From an uncultured Gemmatimonadales bacterium (GTDB lineage Bacteria; Gemmatimonadota; Gemmatimonadetes; Gemmatimonadales; GWC2-71-9), in the NCBI GenBank assembly GCA_963793205.1, contig CAWBZM010000003.1:218193-282192 (forward strand): DNA of 64,000 nucleotides. The letters are read 5' to 3'. The translations under genes were made by a program, and so were the position numbers. The notes beneath the pieces are model-generated. The model was not told the DNA's origin. It worked only from the letters and a program-made list of their open reading frames with translations, and searched no databases. Positions 9,898 through 19,904 of this stretch are shown piece by piece. The stretch's first letter is position 1. The number at the start of each line of letters is the position of its first letter.

Positions 9898-10862
9898 GCG
9901 GCCCCCACGGGGGCAACGGTCAGGTCGCGGAACAGGTCTTCGAGACTCCCCGCCTCCTGATGCAGTTCGTACAGCGTCCAACCCGAGGCAGCCGCCAGCT
10001 GAAAGATCGCCGGCCGCAGATCGGTGGTCGCCAGCGCGGTGATCCGCACCCGGGTACGGGCCTCCCCCAACGGGGCCAGCTCCGATGCCGGACCCGGCGC
10101 CGGCTCGACGGCCGTTACCCCGGCCAGCGCCACGAGCCGCTCCATCACCTGCGCCCCCGCCGCCTCGACCAGGATGTGCACCTGGCCGCCGGCGCGGCTC
10201 ACCAGCTCATCCACCGGGCCATCCGCCGCCAGGTTGCCGCGATTGATGATGAGCAGCCGGGTGCAGACGTGCTGTACCTCGGACAGGATGTGGGTTGAGA
10301 GCAGCACCGTGCGCGCCTGCCCCAGCGCCCCGATCAGGCGCCGGATCTCCACCCGCTGATTGGGGTCGAGCCCTTCGGTGGGCTCGTCGAGCACCAGCAG
10401 ATCAGGTTCATGGAGAATGGCGGCGGCCAGTCCAACCCGCTGACGGTATCCCTTCGAGAGCTCACCAATCGGGCGGTTGTACACTCCTTCGATACCCGTG
10501 GCGAGCACCGCACTGTCAGTCCCGCGGGCGAGGGCAGCCTTGTCCATATCCCGCAGGCGGCCGATGAACGCCAGGTACTCCGTGACCAGCATTTCGGAGT
10601 ACAACGGGTTGTTCTCCGGGAGATAGCCCACCCGTCGTTTGGCCTCACTGCCCGCCTCGGTGAGTGGGACACCGTCGAACAGAATCCGGCCATCATCCGG
10701 CTCATGATACTGGGTGATCATGCGCATGGTGGTGGACTTGCCCGCCCCGTTCGGGCCGAGGAACCCCACGACCTGCCCCCGATCGACGGAGAACGAGACG
10801 CGATTCACGGCCGTCACGCTGCCGTATCGCTTGGTGACACCCTCGAGCGACAGAAGAGTCAT
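9894..10862 (-). CDS. ABC transporter ATP-binding protein
   Basis: Walker A GPNGAGKST, signature LSKGYRQR, Walker B LLVLDEP. Confidence 0.92.
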   Translation of the reverse strand: MTLLSLEGVTKRYGSVTAVNRVSFSVDRGQVVGFLGPNGAGKSTTMRMITQYHEPDDGRILFDGVPLTEAGSEAKRRVGYLPENNPLYSEMLVTEYLAFIGRLRDMDKAALARGTDSAVLATGIEGVYNRPIGELSKGYRQRVGLAAAILHEPDLLVLDEPTEGLDPNQRVEIRRLIGALGQARTVLLSTHILSEVQHVCTRLLIINRGNLAADGPVDELVSRAGGQVHILVEAAGAQVMERLVALAGVTAVEPAPGPASELAPLGEARTRVRITALATTDLRPAIFQLAAASGWTLYELHQEAGSLEDLFRDLTVAPVGAA

Positions 10863-10943
10863 GGGAACGCGTGTCTCGAATGGAGAGGTACGGTGCCGCA
10901 GGCGGTGCCAGTCGACCCGGCACCCGCTCCGCGTCCGCAGGTG

Positions 10944-10973
10944 GGACAGATTGTCACCCGGGACAGTCTGTCC
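10944..10973. promoter_or_regulatory. paired GGACAG-N-TGTC(C) palindromes upstream of the ABC operon
   Basis: GGACAGATTGTC at 10944-10955 and the perfect palindrome GGACAGTCTGTCC at 10961-10973, in the 204 nt spacer upstream of the ATPase start. Confidence 0.35.
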
Positions 10974-11066
10974 GTCCAGAGTTGTCCCCGGGGCCGATGG
11001 TCCGGGGGTACAGCCCGTTGGTCAGGGCCGAACGAAGCCCAGCCTACGCAAGATCCGGTGCATCGG

Positions 11067-12464
11067 TCACTTGAACGGCGCGGTCAGGAAGCCGATGATC
11101 GTCGACCAGTTCCGGACCAGGTCATTCTTGAAGGCCAGCACCATGAGACAGATGATCAGGAACAGTCCGACCATGGTCAACCGTTCGCGCAGCTTCAACG
11201 AGAGGGGACGACGCAACACCCCTTCGGCCAGCAGGAAGACGAACTGGCCGCCATCCAGCACCGGAATCGGCAGGAGGTTCAGCACCGCCAGATTGACCGA
11301 CACGAAGGCCATGAACCCGAGGAAGACATCGAGTCCGAGCCGGGCGCTCTGGGCCGCCATCTGACCGATGAGGATCGGGCCGCCCACCTCCTTGCTGGAG
11401 ATACGGGCGGTGAACAGCCCCTGCACCGTGCGATAGATCTGGGTGGAGAACACCAGGGTGCTGCGCCAGCCCGAGACCATCGCCTGGCCAAAGCCGAGCG
11501 GGCGGCTTTCCGACGGAATGAACGGCCCGACCCCGATCTTGCCGACCGAATGCTTCACGCCGTCGGGACCCGTTTCCTCGGTGCGACCCGGGGTAACCGT
11601 CAGCTCCACCCGTCCGCTGTCACGCCCCACCGTTACCGCCAGCGCCTGCTCGGGCGCCGCCCGGATCCGCTCCACCGCATCGTACCACTGCCGCACCGGC
11701 TCGCCGTTGATCGCCAGGAGGGTGTCCCCGGACTGGAGCCCGCCGCGTGCGCCGGGATCCCCGTTGACCACCTGGCCCAGAATCGCCTGACGGAAGGGGA
11801 GCAGGGCCTGCACCAGCTTGATCCGCTCGCCAAGCGCGGCGTGATGAATATGGGCTACCTCCACCCGGCCATCGGCCAGGGTGATCGCGACCGAATCCGG
11901 CTCGTTGGTGATGCCGTTGGTGACATCCTCCCACGACGTCACACTGGTGGCGCCGACCTTGACGATGCGATCCCCTTCGGCCAGCCGGGCAAATGCCTCG
12001 GCGCCCGGAGGCAAGCTGTCGGCGTATACCCGGCCGACGGTCGTGGTTGGTTCAAACTGCTGCCCGTTCTTTGCCGCCAGCGTCGTCAACAGGATCCAGG
12101 CGAACAGGATATTCATGGTCACCCCGGCCAGGATGACGATCATCCGTTTCCAGACCGGCTGCGCCTCGAACACTTCGTCGGGTGGGACCGGCTCGGTCAC
12201 GGCGGCGCCCTCCAGGGCACTGCTCGCGACCTCCTCCTCGCGGCTGGCCATCTTCACGTACCCGCCGAGCGGCAGCCAGCAGATGGCGTACTCGGTATGG
12301 CCGCGGGTGAATGAGAGTCCGGGAATCGGGTTGCCCATCCCGAGGGCGAACCGATGAACCCGGATGCCGGCCCACTTCGCGGCGAGGAAATGCCCCAGCT
12401 CGTGCACGAAGATGAGCACGCCCAGGACGACGATCAGCACCCCGACCCCATAGAGAAAGCTCAC
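11067..12464 (-). CDS. rseP: RIP metalloprotease RseP (site-2 protease, M50)
   Basis: HELGHFLAAK zinc motif, PDZ region, C-terminal NLLPIPVLDGG. GTG start overlaps the dxr stop (GTGA). Confidence 0.9.
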   Translation of the reverse strand: MSFLYGVGVLIVVLGVLIFVHELGHFLAAKWAGIRVHRFALGMGNPIPGLSFTRGHTEYAICWLPLGGYVKMASREEEVASSALEGAAVTEPVPPDEVFEAQPVWKRMIVILAGVTMNILFAWILLTTLAAKNGQQFEPTTTVGRVYADSLPPGAEAFARLAEGDRIVKVGATSVTSWEDVTNGITNEPDSVAITLADGRVEVAHIHHAALGERIKLVQALLPFRQAILGQVVNGDPGARGGLQSGDTLLAINGEPVRQWYDAVERIRAAPEQALAVTVGRDSGRVELTVTPGRTEETGPDGVKHSVGKIGVGPFIPSESRPLGFGQAMVSGWRSTLVFSTQIYRTVQGLFTARISSKEVGGPILIGQMAAQSARLGLDVFLGFMAFVSVNLAVLNLLPIPVLDGGQFVFLLAEGVLRRPLSLKLRERLTMVGLFLIICLMVLAFKNDLVRNWSTIIGFLTAPFK

Positions 12465-13555
12465 GCCAGCTCCTCACGGGCGCGTGCCCGGGACCACCGG
12501 TCCGCGTCACGCACCGTTTCGAGATCCCGCACCGGCTCACTCCGATGCTGGTCCAGCACCTGCTCGATGATCTCCGCGATCCGACCGAAGCGCACCCGCC
12601 CCGCCAGAAACGCAGCCACTGCTTCCTCATTGGCGGCATTGAACACTGCCGGCGATGTCCCACCCGCCCGTCCCGCCGCAATCCCGGCCCGGAAGGCACG
12701 GAACACCTCGGCCCGGACCGGCTCAAACGTCAACGCGCCCGCCGCCACCGGGTCGAACCGGCGCACCCCGGTATCAGGGAGCCGATCGGGGTAGGTCAGG
12801 GCGTACAGGATCGGCAGCTCCATCGAGGGGAACGCCAGCTGTGCGATCACGCTGCCATCACAGAACTCGGCGAAGGCATGCACGATGCTCTGCGGATGCA
12901 CCACCGCGTCGAGCGCGTCGTATCCTAACCCGAACAGATGGTGCGCCTCGATGATTTCCAGCGCCTTGTTGGCCAGCGAGGCGCTGTCGACGGTCACCTT
13001 GTTCCCCATCCGCCAGGTCGGATGATTCAGTGCCTCTTCGACCGTGGCGCCCGCAATCCGATCGGCTGGCCACTCCCGGAAGGGACCGCCGGACGCCGTG
13101 AGGATCAGCCGGGCCACCCCTTCCACCCGACCATCGATGCATTGCAGCACGGCGCTGTGCTCGGAATCGACCGGCACCAGCTCGCCACCGCCCTCCCGTT
13201 GCGCCGCGCGGACCAGGTCACCCGCCATCACCAGCGTTTCCTTGTTGGCGAGGGCCACCCGCTTGCCAGCCCGCAGCGCCGCCAGCGTCGCGTCGAGTCC
13301 GGCCGATCCCACCACGGCGTTCAGCACGATCGATGCGTCCGGATGGGTGGCGGCCTCGATCAACAGCTCCGGGCCGCGGTCCGATACGAGACCGCTCACC
13401 GCCGGATGCCATTCGGCCGTCTGCCGCTCGAGCGCGCTCCGATTCTGCAGCGCCGTCAGCCCGACCACCCGAAAGGTGTCCCGCTGCCGACGAAGGACCG
13501 CGAGGGCGCTCTTCCCGATCGAACCGGTCGAGCCGAGGATCACGACCCCCTGCAC
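12461..13555 (-). CDS. dxr: 1-deoxy-D-xylulose 5-phosphate reductoisomerase
   Basis: ILGSTGSIG N-terminus, LANKE and NAANE motifs. Confidence 0.93.
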   Translation of the reverse strand: MQGVVILGSTGSIGKSALAVLRRQRDTFRVVGLTALQNRSALERQTAEWHPAVSGLVSDRGPELLIEAATHPDASIVLNAVVGSAGLDATLAALRAGKRVALANKETLVMAGDLVRAAQREGGGELVPVDSEHSAVLQCIDGRVEGVARLILTASGGPFREWPADRIAGATVEEALNHPTWRMGNKVTVDSASLANKALEIIEAHHLFGLGYDALDAVVHPQSIVHAFAEFCDGSVIAQLAFPSMELPILYALTYPDRLPDTGVRRFDPVAAGALTFEPVRAEVFRAFRAGIAAGRAGGTSPAVFNAANEEAVAAFLAGRVRFGRIAEIIEQVLDQHRSEPVRDLETVRDADRWSRARAREELA

Positions 13556-14412
13556 TACAACACCCCGAAGAGACGGTACAGCGCCGCGGAGACCGGGAGC
13601 ACAAAGTAGAGCGAATCAAACCGGTCCAGCACGCCACCATGCCCCGGGATCAGGGCCGACGAATCCTTGAGACCGGCTTCCCGCTTGAAGAGCGACTCAA
13701 CGAGGTCCCCGACCTGTCCAATGATGCCGAGCACCAATCCGAACAGGAGCCCCTGCCAGAGCGGAAGAGCGATCCCGAGCCGGGTCAACAGCAACACATT
13801 CAGGAGCGGCACTGTCGCTACTGCGGCGATCACTCCTGCGATGCTGCCTGACCAGGTCTTGCCGGGACTCACCGCCGGCCAGAGCTTCGCCCCGCCGAAT
13901 CCGCGCCCGGCAAACATCGCCGCGCTATCACACACCCACGTCACCACCAGTGGGGTAAACACCATCCAGGCGCCGGCCCAGGACTGCTGGGGATAGGTCA
14001 GGTGCCGCAACCCGATCAGGAAGGTCGCGAGTCCGGCAGGATAGGCGACGGCAAACACCGTGATGGCGGCGGCCTGTAGCGGCTGCTGGTCGGTCGACCG
14101 ACGAAAGAGGGCGAGGCTCAGGACGGCGATCAGCCACAGGCCCGCCACGATCCACCCCAGGCCGACCAGGGCGGGCTCGGTGGTGAGGGCGAGGTACACC
14201 AGGATGGGCAGGGCCGCCGCGGAGAGCTGCGCGGTACGACCCAGAGGAAGCCCCCCACGCTGTCGGGAGAAATTCAGCAGCTCGCGCGCGCCGAGGACCG
14301 CGGCGGTGACGGTGACGGCGACCAGGGCCCAGCCACCCCAATACACGATCCCCAACGCCACCGGGATGGCGATCACGGCAAAGCCGATGCGCTGGGTCAG
14401 GTTGCTGGCCAT
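13555..14412 (-). CDS. cdsA: phosphatidate cytidylyltransferase
   Basis: Polytopic membrane protein with the CDS signature SLFKREAGLKDSSALIPGHGGVLDRFDS. ATG at 14412 preferred over the ORF start at 14523. Confidence 0.88.
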   Translation of the reverse strand: MASNLTQRIGFAVIAIPVALGIVYWGGWALVAVTVTAAVLGARELLNFSRQRGGLPLGRTAQLSAAALPILVYLALTTEPALVGLGWIVAGLWLIAVLSLALFRRSTDQQPLQAAAITVFAVAYPAGLATFLIGLRHLTYPQQSWAGAWMVFTPLVVTWVCDSAAMFAGRGFGGAKLWPAVSPGKTWSGSIAGVIAAVATVPLLNVLLLTRLGIALPLWQGLLFGLVLGIIGQVGDLVESLFKREAGLKDSSALIPGHGGVLDRFDSLYFVLPVSAALYRLFGVL

Positions 14413-14476
14413 GGGGTCGGGAACGGGAGGACGGTCGGGGCGGGCTGGCGAGGAGTGCGGGGCCGGCCCTCCCGCG

Positions 14477-15217
14477 TCACACGGAGACTTTGCCGAAGCG
14501 CCGGTCGCGGCGCTGATATTCAAGGATCGCCTCCCACAGCTGCTGTCGCCCGAAATCGGGCCACAACACCGGCGTCACGTGCAACTCGGCGTAGGCCAGC
14601 TGCCAGAGCAGGAAGTTGGAGAGGCGCAGTTCGCCGGACGTCCGGATGAGGAGGTCGGGGTCGGGCCAGGCCGAGGTATAGAGGCGGCGGGCAATGGCGT
14701 CCTCATCGATGTCGGCCGGTGTCAGCCGGCCGGCGGCAACCTCCTCGGCCAGCAGGCGGGCCGCCCGGGTCAGCTCTGCGCGGGACCCATAGGAGATGCA
14801 GATGTTCAGGGCGAGCCGGGTCCCGCGGGCGGTGGTGCTTTCGAGTCGCCGGACAGCGGCGCGCGCGGCGGGCGTCAGGCGATCGAGATCGCCGAGGAAG
14901 TGGACCGTCACCCCCTGGGACTCAAGCTCGGCCATTTCGCGGGCAATGTACTCCTGCAACAGTTCCATCAGGGCGCCGATTTCCTCGGCGGGCCGCTGCC
15001 AGTTCTCCTGGCTGAAGGCGAACAGGGTCAGGACCTCGACTCCGGCGGCGAGTGCTCCTTCGACCACGTCCCGCACGGCCTGCATCCCGGCCTTGTGCCC
15101 CAGCGGACGGGGCAGCCCGCGGGCCTGGGCCCAGCGCCCGTTCCCATCCATGATGATGGCGATGTGAGCCGGCAGGGCCCCCTGCACCTTCACCTGCTGG
15201 AGCAGCTCGTCGGACAT
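14477..15217 (-). CDS. uppS: di-trans,poly-cis-undecaprenyl-diphosphate synthase
   Basis: HIAIIMDGNGRWA, and ELRLSNFLLWQLAYAEL near the C-terminus. Confidence 0.93.
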   Translation of the reverse strand: MSDELLQQVKVQGALPAHIAIIMDGNGRWAQARGLPRPLGHKAGMQAVRDVVEGALAAGVEVLTLFAFSQENWQRPAEEIGALMELLQEYIAREMAELESQGVTVHFLGDLDRLTPAARAAVRRLESTTARGTRLALNICISYGSRAELTRAARLLAEEVAAGRLTPADIDEDAIARRLYTSAWPDPDLLIRTSGELRLSNFLLWQLAYAELHVTPVLWPDFGRQQLWEAILEYQRRDRRFGKVSV

Positions 15218-15218
15218 C

Positions 15219-15773
15219 TCAGACTTCCATGATCTCCGCCTCTTTGGCGGTGATCAGTTGGTCAATCTGCTTGGTGTGTTCGTCCGTGACCTTCTGCAGT
15301 TCCTTCTCCCCGCGGGACTTCTCGTCTTCCGAGACCTTTTCGACCTTCTTGATCTTGGTGTGGGCGTCACCCCGGGCGTGCCGTACCGCGACCCGACCTT
15401 CCTCGCCCAGCTTGTGCAGCAGCTTCACCATGTCCTTCCGCCGCTCTTCAGTGAGCGAGGGAATCGGCACCCGGATCAGGTTGCCCTGCGTGGCGGGATT
15501 GAGCCCCAGGGAGGCGTCACGAATCGCCTTCTCGATGGCCTGGGTGGTGCCCTTGTCGAAGGGCTGGACGGTGAGCATCCGCGGCTCCGGCGCGGCGACC
15601 ATCGCCACCTGGTTCAGCGGCACGAGATTGCCATACGCTTCGACCCGGACCAGATCGAGAAGCTGGGTGGTCGCCTTGCCGGTGCGAATACTGGAGAACT
15701 CCTTGCGGGTGCTTTCCACCGCCTTGCCCATCAGCTCCCGGGCCTTCTTGATCGCGTCGGGGATCGTGCTCAC
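15219..15773 (-). CDS. frr: ribosome recycling factor
   Basis: RRF-like sequence from [10 protein letters not shown] onward. The GTG at 15773 overlaps the pyrH stop (GTGA). The ORF-track N-terminal extension is implausible. Confidence 0.88.
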   Translation of the reverse strand: MSTIPDAIKKARELMGKAVESTRKEFSSIRTGKATTQLLDLVRVEAYGNLVPLNQVAMVAAPEPRMLTVQPFDKGTTQAIEKAIRDASLGLNPATQGNLIRVPIPSLTEERRKDMVKLLHKLGEEGRVAVRHARGDAHTKIKKVEKVSEDEKSRGEKELQKVTDEHTKQIDQLITAKEAEIMEV

Positions 15774-16480
15774 TGGACAATGGTCCCCACCGGCTCGCCC
15801 CGAACCACTCGATCCAGGTTGCCAGCGGTGTTCATGTTGAAAACGATGATCGGCAGGCTGTTGGTCTGGCACAGACCGAACGCGCTGCGATCCATGACCT
15901 CATACCCCTGCACCAGCGCTTCCTGGAACGACAACTCGGGAATCAGCGTCGCGTCGGGCTTTTTTCGCGGATCGGCAGTGTAGATGCCGTCCACATTGGT
16001 GCCCTTGAGGATGACCTCGGCCTCGATTTCCAGCGCCCGCAACACCGCGGCGGTATCGGTGGAAAAATACGGATTGCCGGTCCCACCCGCGAAGATAACC
16101 AGCCGACCCTTCTCCATGTGGCGCAGCGCCCGGCGCCGGATGTACGGTTCCGCCAGCGATTCCATCCGGATGGCGGTCATCACCCGGGTCTGTACACCCT
16201 TCCGCTCCAGCACATCCTGGACAGCCAGTGCGTTGATGACGGTGGCCAGCATGCCCATGTAGTCGGCCGAGACCCGATCGAGCCCCTGCTGGCTGGCGGT
16301 GGTGCCCCGCAGGATATTGCCTCCACCCACGACCATCGACAACTGGACCCCGGTCTTGTGCACCCGGAGCACTTCGTCCGCGAAGCTGTCCACCACGGGA
16401 TAGTCCAGGCCATACCCCCGCTGTCCGGCGAGCGCCTCGCCGGACAGTTTCAGCAGGGCCCGGCGGTACGGCTTCCGCAT
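15770..16480 (-). CDS. pyrH: UMP kinase
   Basis: [21 protein letters not shown]-like STDTAA motifs. Confidence 0.93.
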   Translation of the reverse strand: MRKPYRRALLKLSGEALAGQRGYGLDYPVVDSFADEVLRVHKTGVQLSMVVGGGNILRGTTASQQGLDRVSADYMGMLATVINALAVQDVLERKGVQTRVMTAIRMESLAEPYIRRRALRHMEKGRLVIFAGGTGNPYFSTDTAAVLRALEIEAEVILKGTNVDGIYTADPRKKPDATLIPELSFQEALVQGYEVMDRSAFGLCQTNSLPIIVFNMNTAGNLDRVVRGEPVGTIVQ

Positions 16481-17349
16481 CAGCCTTCACCTACCTTGAA
16501 GCGGGCCACCCGCACGACCTTGAGCGGCCCGCCCGCCTGCTTGGCGGTCTCGTCCACCAGGGCGCCGGCGGTCTTGCTGTCGTCCTTCACGAACGGCTGT
16601 CCCAGCAGGGTACGCTCCGCGACAAACTTCTTCAGCTTTCCGTCGACGATCTTGGCCCGGATGTTCTCCGGCTTGCCCTCGGCGGCCACCTGCTCCTCGG
16701 CAATGCGGCGCTCACTGGCCAGCAGTGCGGGCGGGATGTCCGCCTCACTCACTCCGATGGGGGCGGTGGAGGTGACATGCAGCGCCAGTTCCCGCGCGAG
16801 CGCGGTGACCTGATCGCCACGCACGCCCTCAAGCTCCACCAGCGAGCCGCTCTGGGCATTGTGGTGCAGGTAGTGTCCGACGGTGCCTTCCGGGTTGTGG
16901 AACCGGGCCACCCGCTTGAGCGCCATCGCTTCGCCGGTCTTGCCGGACTGCAGCTTGATGGCCTCGGCCACCGTCGAGTCGCGGAATTTCTGGTCGCCGA
17001 TCGCGCTGCCGGCATGCACGCCCAGCGGCGCGTGCTGCAGGGCATGCTTGGCCAGGTCGTGTGCCAGCGCCACGAAGTCGGCGTTCTTGGCGACGAAGTC
17101 GGTCTCGGCATTCAGTTCGATCATCGCCGAGTCGCGCCCGCTGGGCGAGCTCTCGATGACCACCAGGCCCTGTGAGGCGCTGCGGTCGCCGCGGGTATCG
17201 GCCTTGGCCATGCCCTTCTTCCGCAGGATCTCGATGGCGCGATCCATGTCACCCTCGGCCTCGGTGAGCGCGGCTTTGCAATCCATCATGCCCGCGCCAG
17301 TGCGGGCCCGGAGATCGGCTACCATTTTCGCTGTGATCGGCTGACTCAT
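16480..17349 (-). CDS. tsf: translation elongation factor Ts
   Basis: [16 protein letters not shown]-type UBA N-terminus, full-length EF-Ts. Confidence 0.93.
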   Translation of the reverse strand: MSQPITAKMVADLRARTGAGMMDCKAALTEAEGDMDRAIEILRKKGMAKADTRGDRSASQGLVVIESSPSGRDSAMIELNAETDFVAKNADFVALAHDLAKHALQHAPLGVHAGSAIGDQKFRDSTVAEAIKLQSGKTGEAMALKRVARFHNPEGTVGHYLHHNAQSGSLVELEGVRGDQVTALARELALHVTSTAPIGVSEADIPPALLASERRIAEEQVAAEGKPENIRAKIVDGKLKKFVAERTLLGQPFVKDDSKTAGALVDETAKQAGGPLKVVRVARFKVGEG

Positions 17350-17378
17350 CGTCCTGTCCTTGCTCGGTTCGGTCGGTC

Positions 17379-17441
17379 GGCGGGGAACACCCCCGCCCTC
17401 ATAACGAGCCGCCGTCCAGCCCAGGGGGCCAGGACGGCGGC
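17379..17441 (-). promoter_or_regulatory. two stem-loops in the rpsB-tsf spacer
   Basis: GGCGGGG/CCCCGCC at 17379-17397, and GCCGCCGTCC/GGACGGCGGC at 17408-17441. Confidence 0.4.
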
Positions 17442-17469
17442 GTACTGCTGGGTCCCGACACTGCGGGAG

Positions 17470-18360
17470 TTACGCGCCGGGATCGGCTGCCGCGTCGGTG
17501 CCCGCTGCGCCGGCGCCATCCTCATGATCCTTGAGCCGGGCCGCGATCGCTTCCGGCTTCGGCCGCCGCTTGCGCCGGGCCCGCTTCTTCCGCCGATCGG
17601 CGTCGGGGTCGCCCTCACTGCCACCGTCGGTGCTGTAGGTCTCACCATCGGAGTCATCGGTGACTTCGCGCAGCGGGGTCTGGGCCCGCGCCTCGCGGAT
17701 CACCTCGGCCAGCGAGGCGGTAATCAGCGACACCGACCGGATCGCATCGTCGTTGCCGGGGATCGGCACCGTGATGACATCGGGGTCGGCATTGGTGTCC
17801 ACGATCGCCACCACCGGAATGCCCAGCTTGTTCGCTTCCTGGACCGCGATCTTTTCCTTCTTCGCGTCCACCACGAACAGCGCGCCCGGCAGGCGGTTCA
17901 TGTTCTTGATGCCTTCCAGGTTCCGCAACAGCTTGAGCTTCTCCCGCTCGAACAGGAGCTTTTCCTTCTTGGTGTAGTTCTCGAAATCGCCCTCGGCCGA
18001 ACCCTGCTCCAGATCCTTCAGGCGACGGATCTGCTTCTTGATAGTCTGGAAGTTGGTGAGCATGCCGCCCAGCCACCGCTCCGTGACCCAGAACGACCCC
18101 GAGTTGGCGGATTCCGCCTGCACGGTGCCCTTGAGCTGCTTCTTGGTGCAGACGAAGAGCACGCCCTCGCCCTTGAGCACGACATTCTTCAGCAGCTCCT
18201 GAGCGGTCAGGATCTGCTTGAGGGTCTTCTGGAGGTCGATGATGTAGATCCCGGACCGCTCGGCGAAAATGAACCGGCGCATCTTGGGATTCCAACGGCG
18301 GGTCTGGTGGCCGAAGTGAACGCCGGCCTCGAGCAGATCCTGAATCTGGGGCTGAGCCAT
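17470..18360 (-). CDS. rpsB: 30S ribosomal protein S2 with a basic/acidic C-terminal extension
   Basis: LLEAGVHFGHQTRRWNPKM N-terminus. ATG at 18360. Confidence 0.93.
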   Translation of the reverse strand: MAQPQIQDLLEAGVHFGHQTRRWNPKMRRFIFAERSGIYIIDLQKTLKQILTAQELLKNVVLKGEGVLFVCTKKQLKGTVQAESANSGSFWVTERWLGGMLTNFQTIKKQIRRLKDLEQGSAEGDFENYTKKEKLLFEREKLKLLRNLEGIKNMNRLPGALFVVDAKKEKIAVQEANKLGIPVVAIVDTNADPDVITVPIPGNDDAIRSVSLITASLAEVIREARAQTPLREVTDDSDGETYSTDGGSEGDPDADRRKKRARRKRRPKPEAIAARLKDHEDGAGAAGTDAAADPGA

Positions 18361-18534
18361 CGTGGAAACGTCATCCTTGCATAGGGCAGACACCGCGGTG
18401 CCTGCGTGGGGTTGGGATGTCCGCCGGCTTCATCTCGAGGGCCAACCCTGTTGCCAGGGCACCCGGACCTCGATCCAACGGCGTACAGGATTAGAGCGGC
18501 GGCCGCAGATCCTCCGCGACCGCCGCCCGACCGG

Positions 18535-18936
18535 CTACCGCTTGCTGAACTGGAACCGCTTCCGGGCGCCGGCGCGACCCGGCTTCTTGCGCTCGACCGC
18601 GCGGGGATCGCGGGTCAGGAGCCCGGCGCTGCGCAGCTTGGGGCGATGCAGGCTGTCCGCCTCGACCAGGGCCCGGGCGATCGCCAGGCGCATGGCGCCG
18701 GCCTGACCGGTCTGGCCGCCACCGTTCACATGGGCCCGCACGTCAAAGGCGCCCAGGGTGTCGGTCGACGAGAACGACTGCTGAATGTGCTGGACCAGCG
18801 ACGGGCGGGGGAAATAATCGCCCAGAGTCCGGCCGTTCACATCCCACTTGCCGGTGCCGGGGGTCAGGTACACCCGCGCCACGCTGGTCTTGCGGCGGCC
18901 GACGGCCTGCCAACGGAATTCAGGCTTTCCGCTCAT
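18535..18936 (-). CDS. rpsI: 30S ribosomal protein S9
   Basis: C-terminal GLLTRDPRAVERKKPGRAGARKRFQFSKR. Confidence 0.93.
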   Translation of the reverse strand: MSGKPEFRWQAVGRRKTSVARVYLTPGTGKWDVNGRTLGDYFPRPSLVQHIQQSFSSTDTLGAFDVRAHVNGGGQTGQAGAMRLAIARALVEADSLHRPKLRSAGLLTRDPRAVERKKPGRAGARKRFQFSKR

Positions 18937-18937
18937 G

Positions 18938-19387
18938 TTACTTGGCCTTCGGGGTTACAGAGTGAGCCACCGGCTGCTGCGCCGCGTGGGGATGTTCGGC
19001 ACCGGCGTAGACCTTGAGCTTGTTGCGCAGCTTCTGGCGCGACAGCGTGTTCTTGGGCAGCATGCCGAACACTGCGTGCTCGATGACCCGCTCCGGATGC
19101 GCACCCTCCAGCAGGTTCTTGACCGGGGTGTAGCGCTCGTGACCCATGAAGCCGGTGTGATGGAAGTGGCGCTTCTGCTCCAGCTTGCGGCCCGTCAGCT
19201 TGACCTTCTCCGCGTTGATGACAACCACGAAGTCTCCCCCATCCATATGGGGAGTAAAGGTGGGCTTATGCTTGCCCCGAATGAGCTGCGCGACGCGGCT
19301 CGCGAGGCGCCCCAGGGGGACCTCGGTCGCATCCACGAGCAGCCAGTCGTGGGTGATGTCGCTCGGCTTAGCGGAAAACGTGGTCAT
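18938..19387 (-). CDS. rplM: 50S ribosomal protein L13
   Basis: [17 protein letters not shown]...[12 protein letters not shown]. Confidence 0.93.
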   Translation of the reverse strand: MTTFSAKPSDITHDWLLVDATEVPLGRLASRVAQLIRGKHKPTFTPHMDGGDFVVVINAEKVKLTGRKLEQKRHFHHTGFMGHERYTPVKNLLEGAHPERVIEHAVFGMLPKNTLSRQKLRNKLKVYAGAEHPHAAQQPVAHSVTPKAK

Positions 19388-19577
19388 CGAACCCGGCGCT
19401 CCAGAGTGAGTCCCAAAAATACACAGACAGCAAACCTAGCCGGGAGAAAGGGGTTAGGTCAAGAGAGGCAGGCTGGCCGGTACCCTCGCCCCGCACCGCC
19501 GTCCAGGCCCCGACCACGAAACCGGTGGGCCCCGTCCCCCGTCTGTTTCTCTGACTTTGTCTAATAAATGAGGATTC

Positions 19578-19904
19578 ATGCCCTCCCACCTCGGGGAATT
19601 TGAACAACTTCTGCTCCTGGCCCTCCTGCGGCTGGAGGGCGCCGGCTATGGGGCGACCCTCCAGAACCACCTGCGGGATCAGGGGGGCAGGACGGCAAGC
19701 CTGGGAACCATCTACAAGACCCTGTTCCGGTTGGAGGCGAAAGGGCTGGTCACCGGCCAGTTGGGCGACCCGACCCCGGAGCGTGGCGGCCGCCGGAAGA
19801 AGCATTACCGGGTGACCGCCTCGGGGCACCAGGCCCTCCAGCGCTCACTGCTGGCGCTCCGACGGCTGAGTCAGGGGCTTGATCCCGCCCTGGAGCTGCC
19901 GTGA
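19578..19904 (+). CDS. PadR family transcriptional regulator
   Basis: 108 aa winged-helix protein (GYGATLQ...LGTIYKTLFRLEAKGLV). Confidence 0.85.
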   Translation: MPSHLGEFEQLLLLALLRLEGAGYGATLQNHLRDQGGRTASLGTIYKTLFRLEAKGLVTGQLGDPTPERGGRRKKHYRVTASGHQALQRSLLALRRLSQGLDPALELP

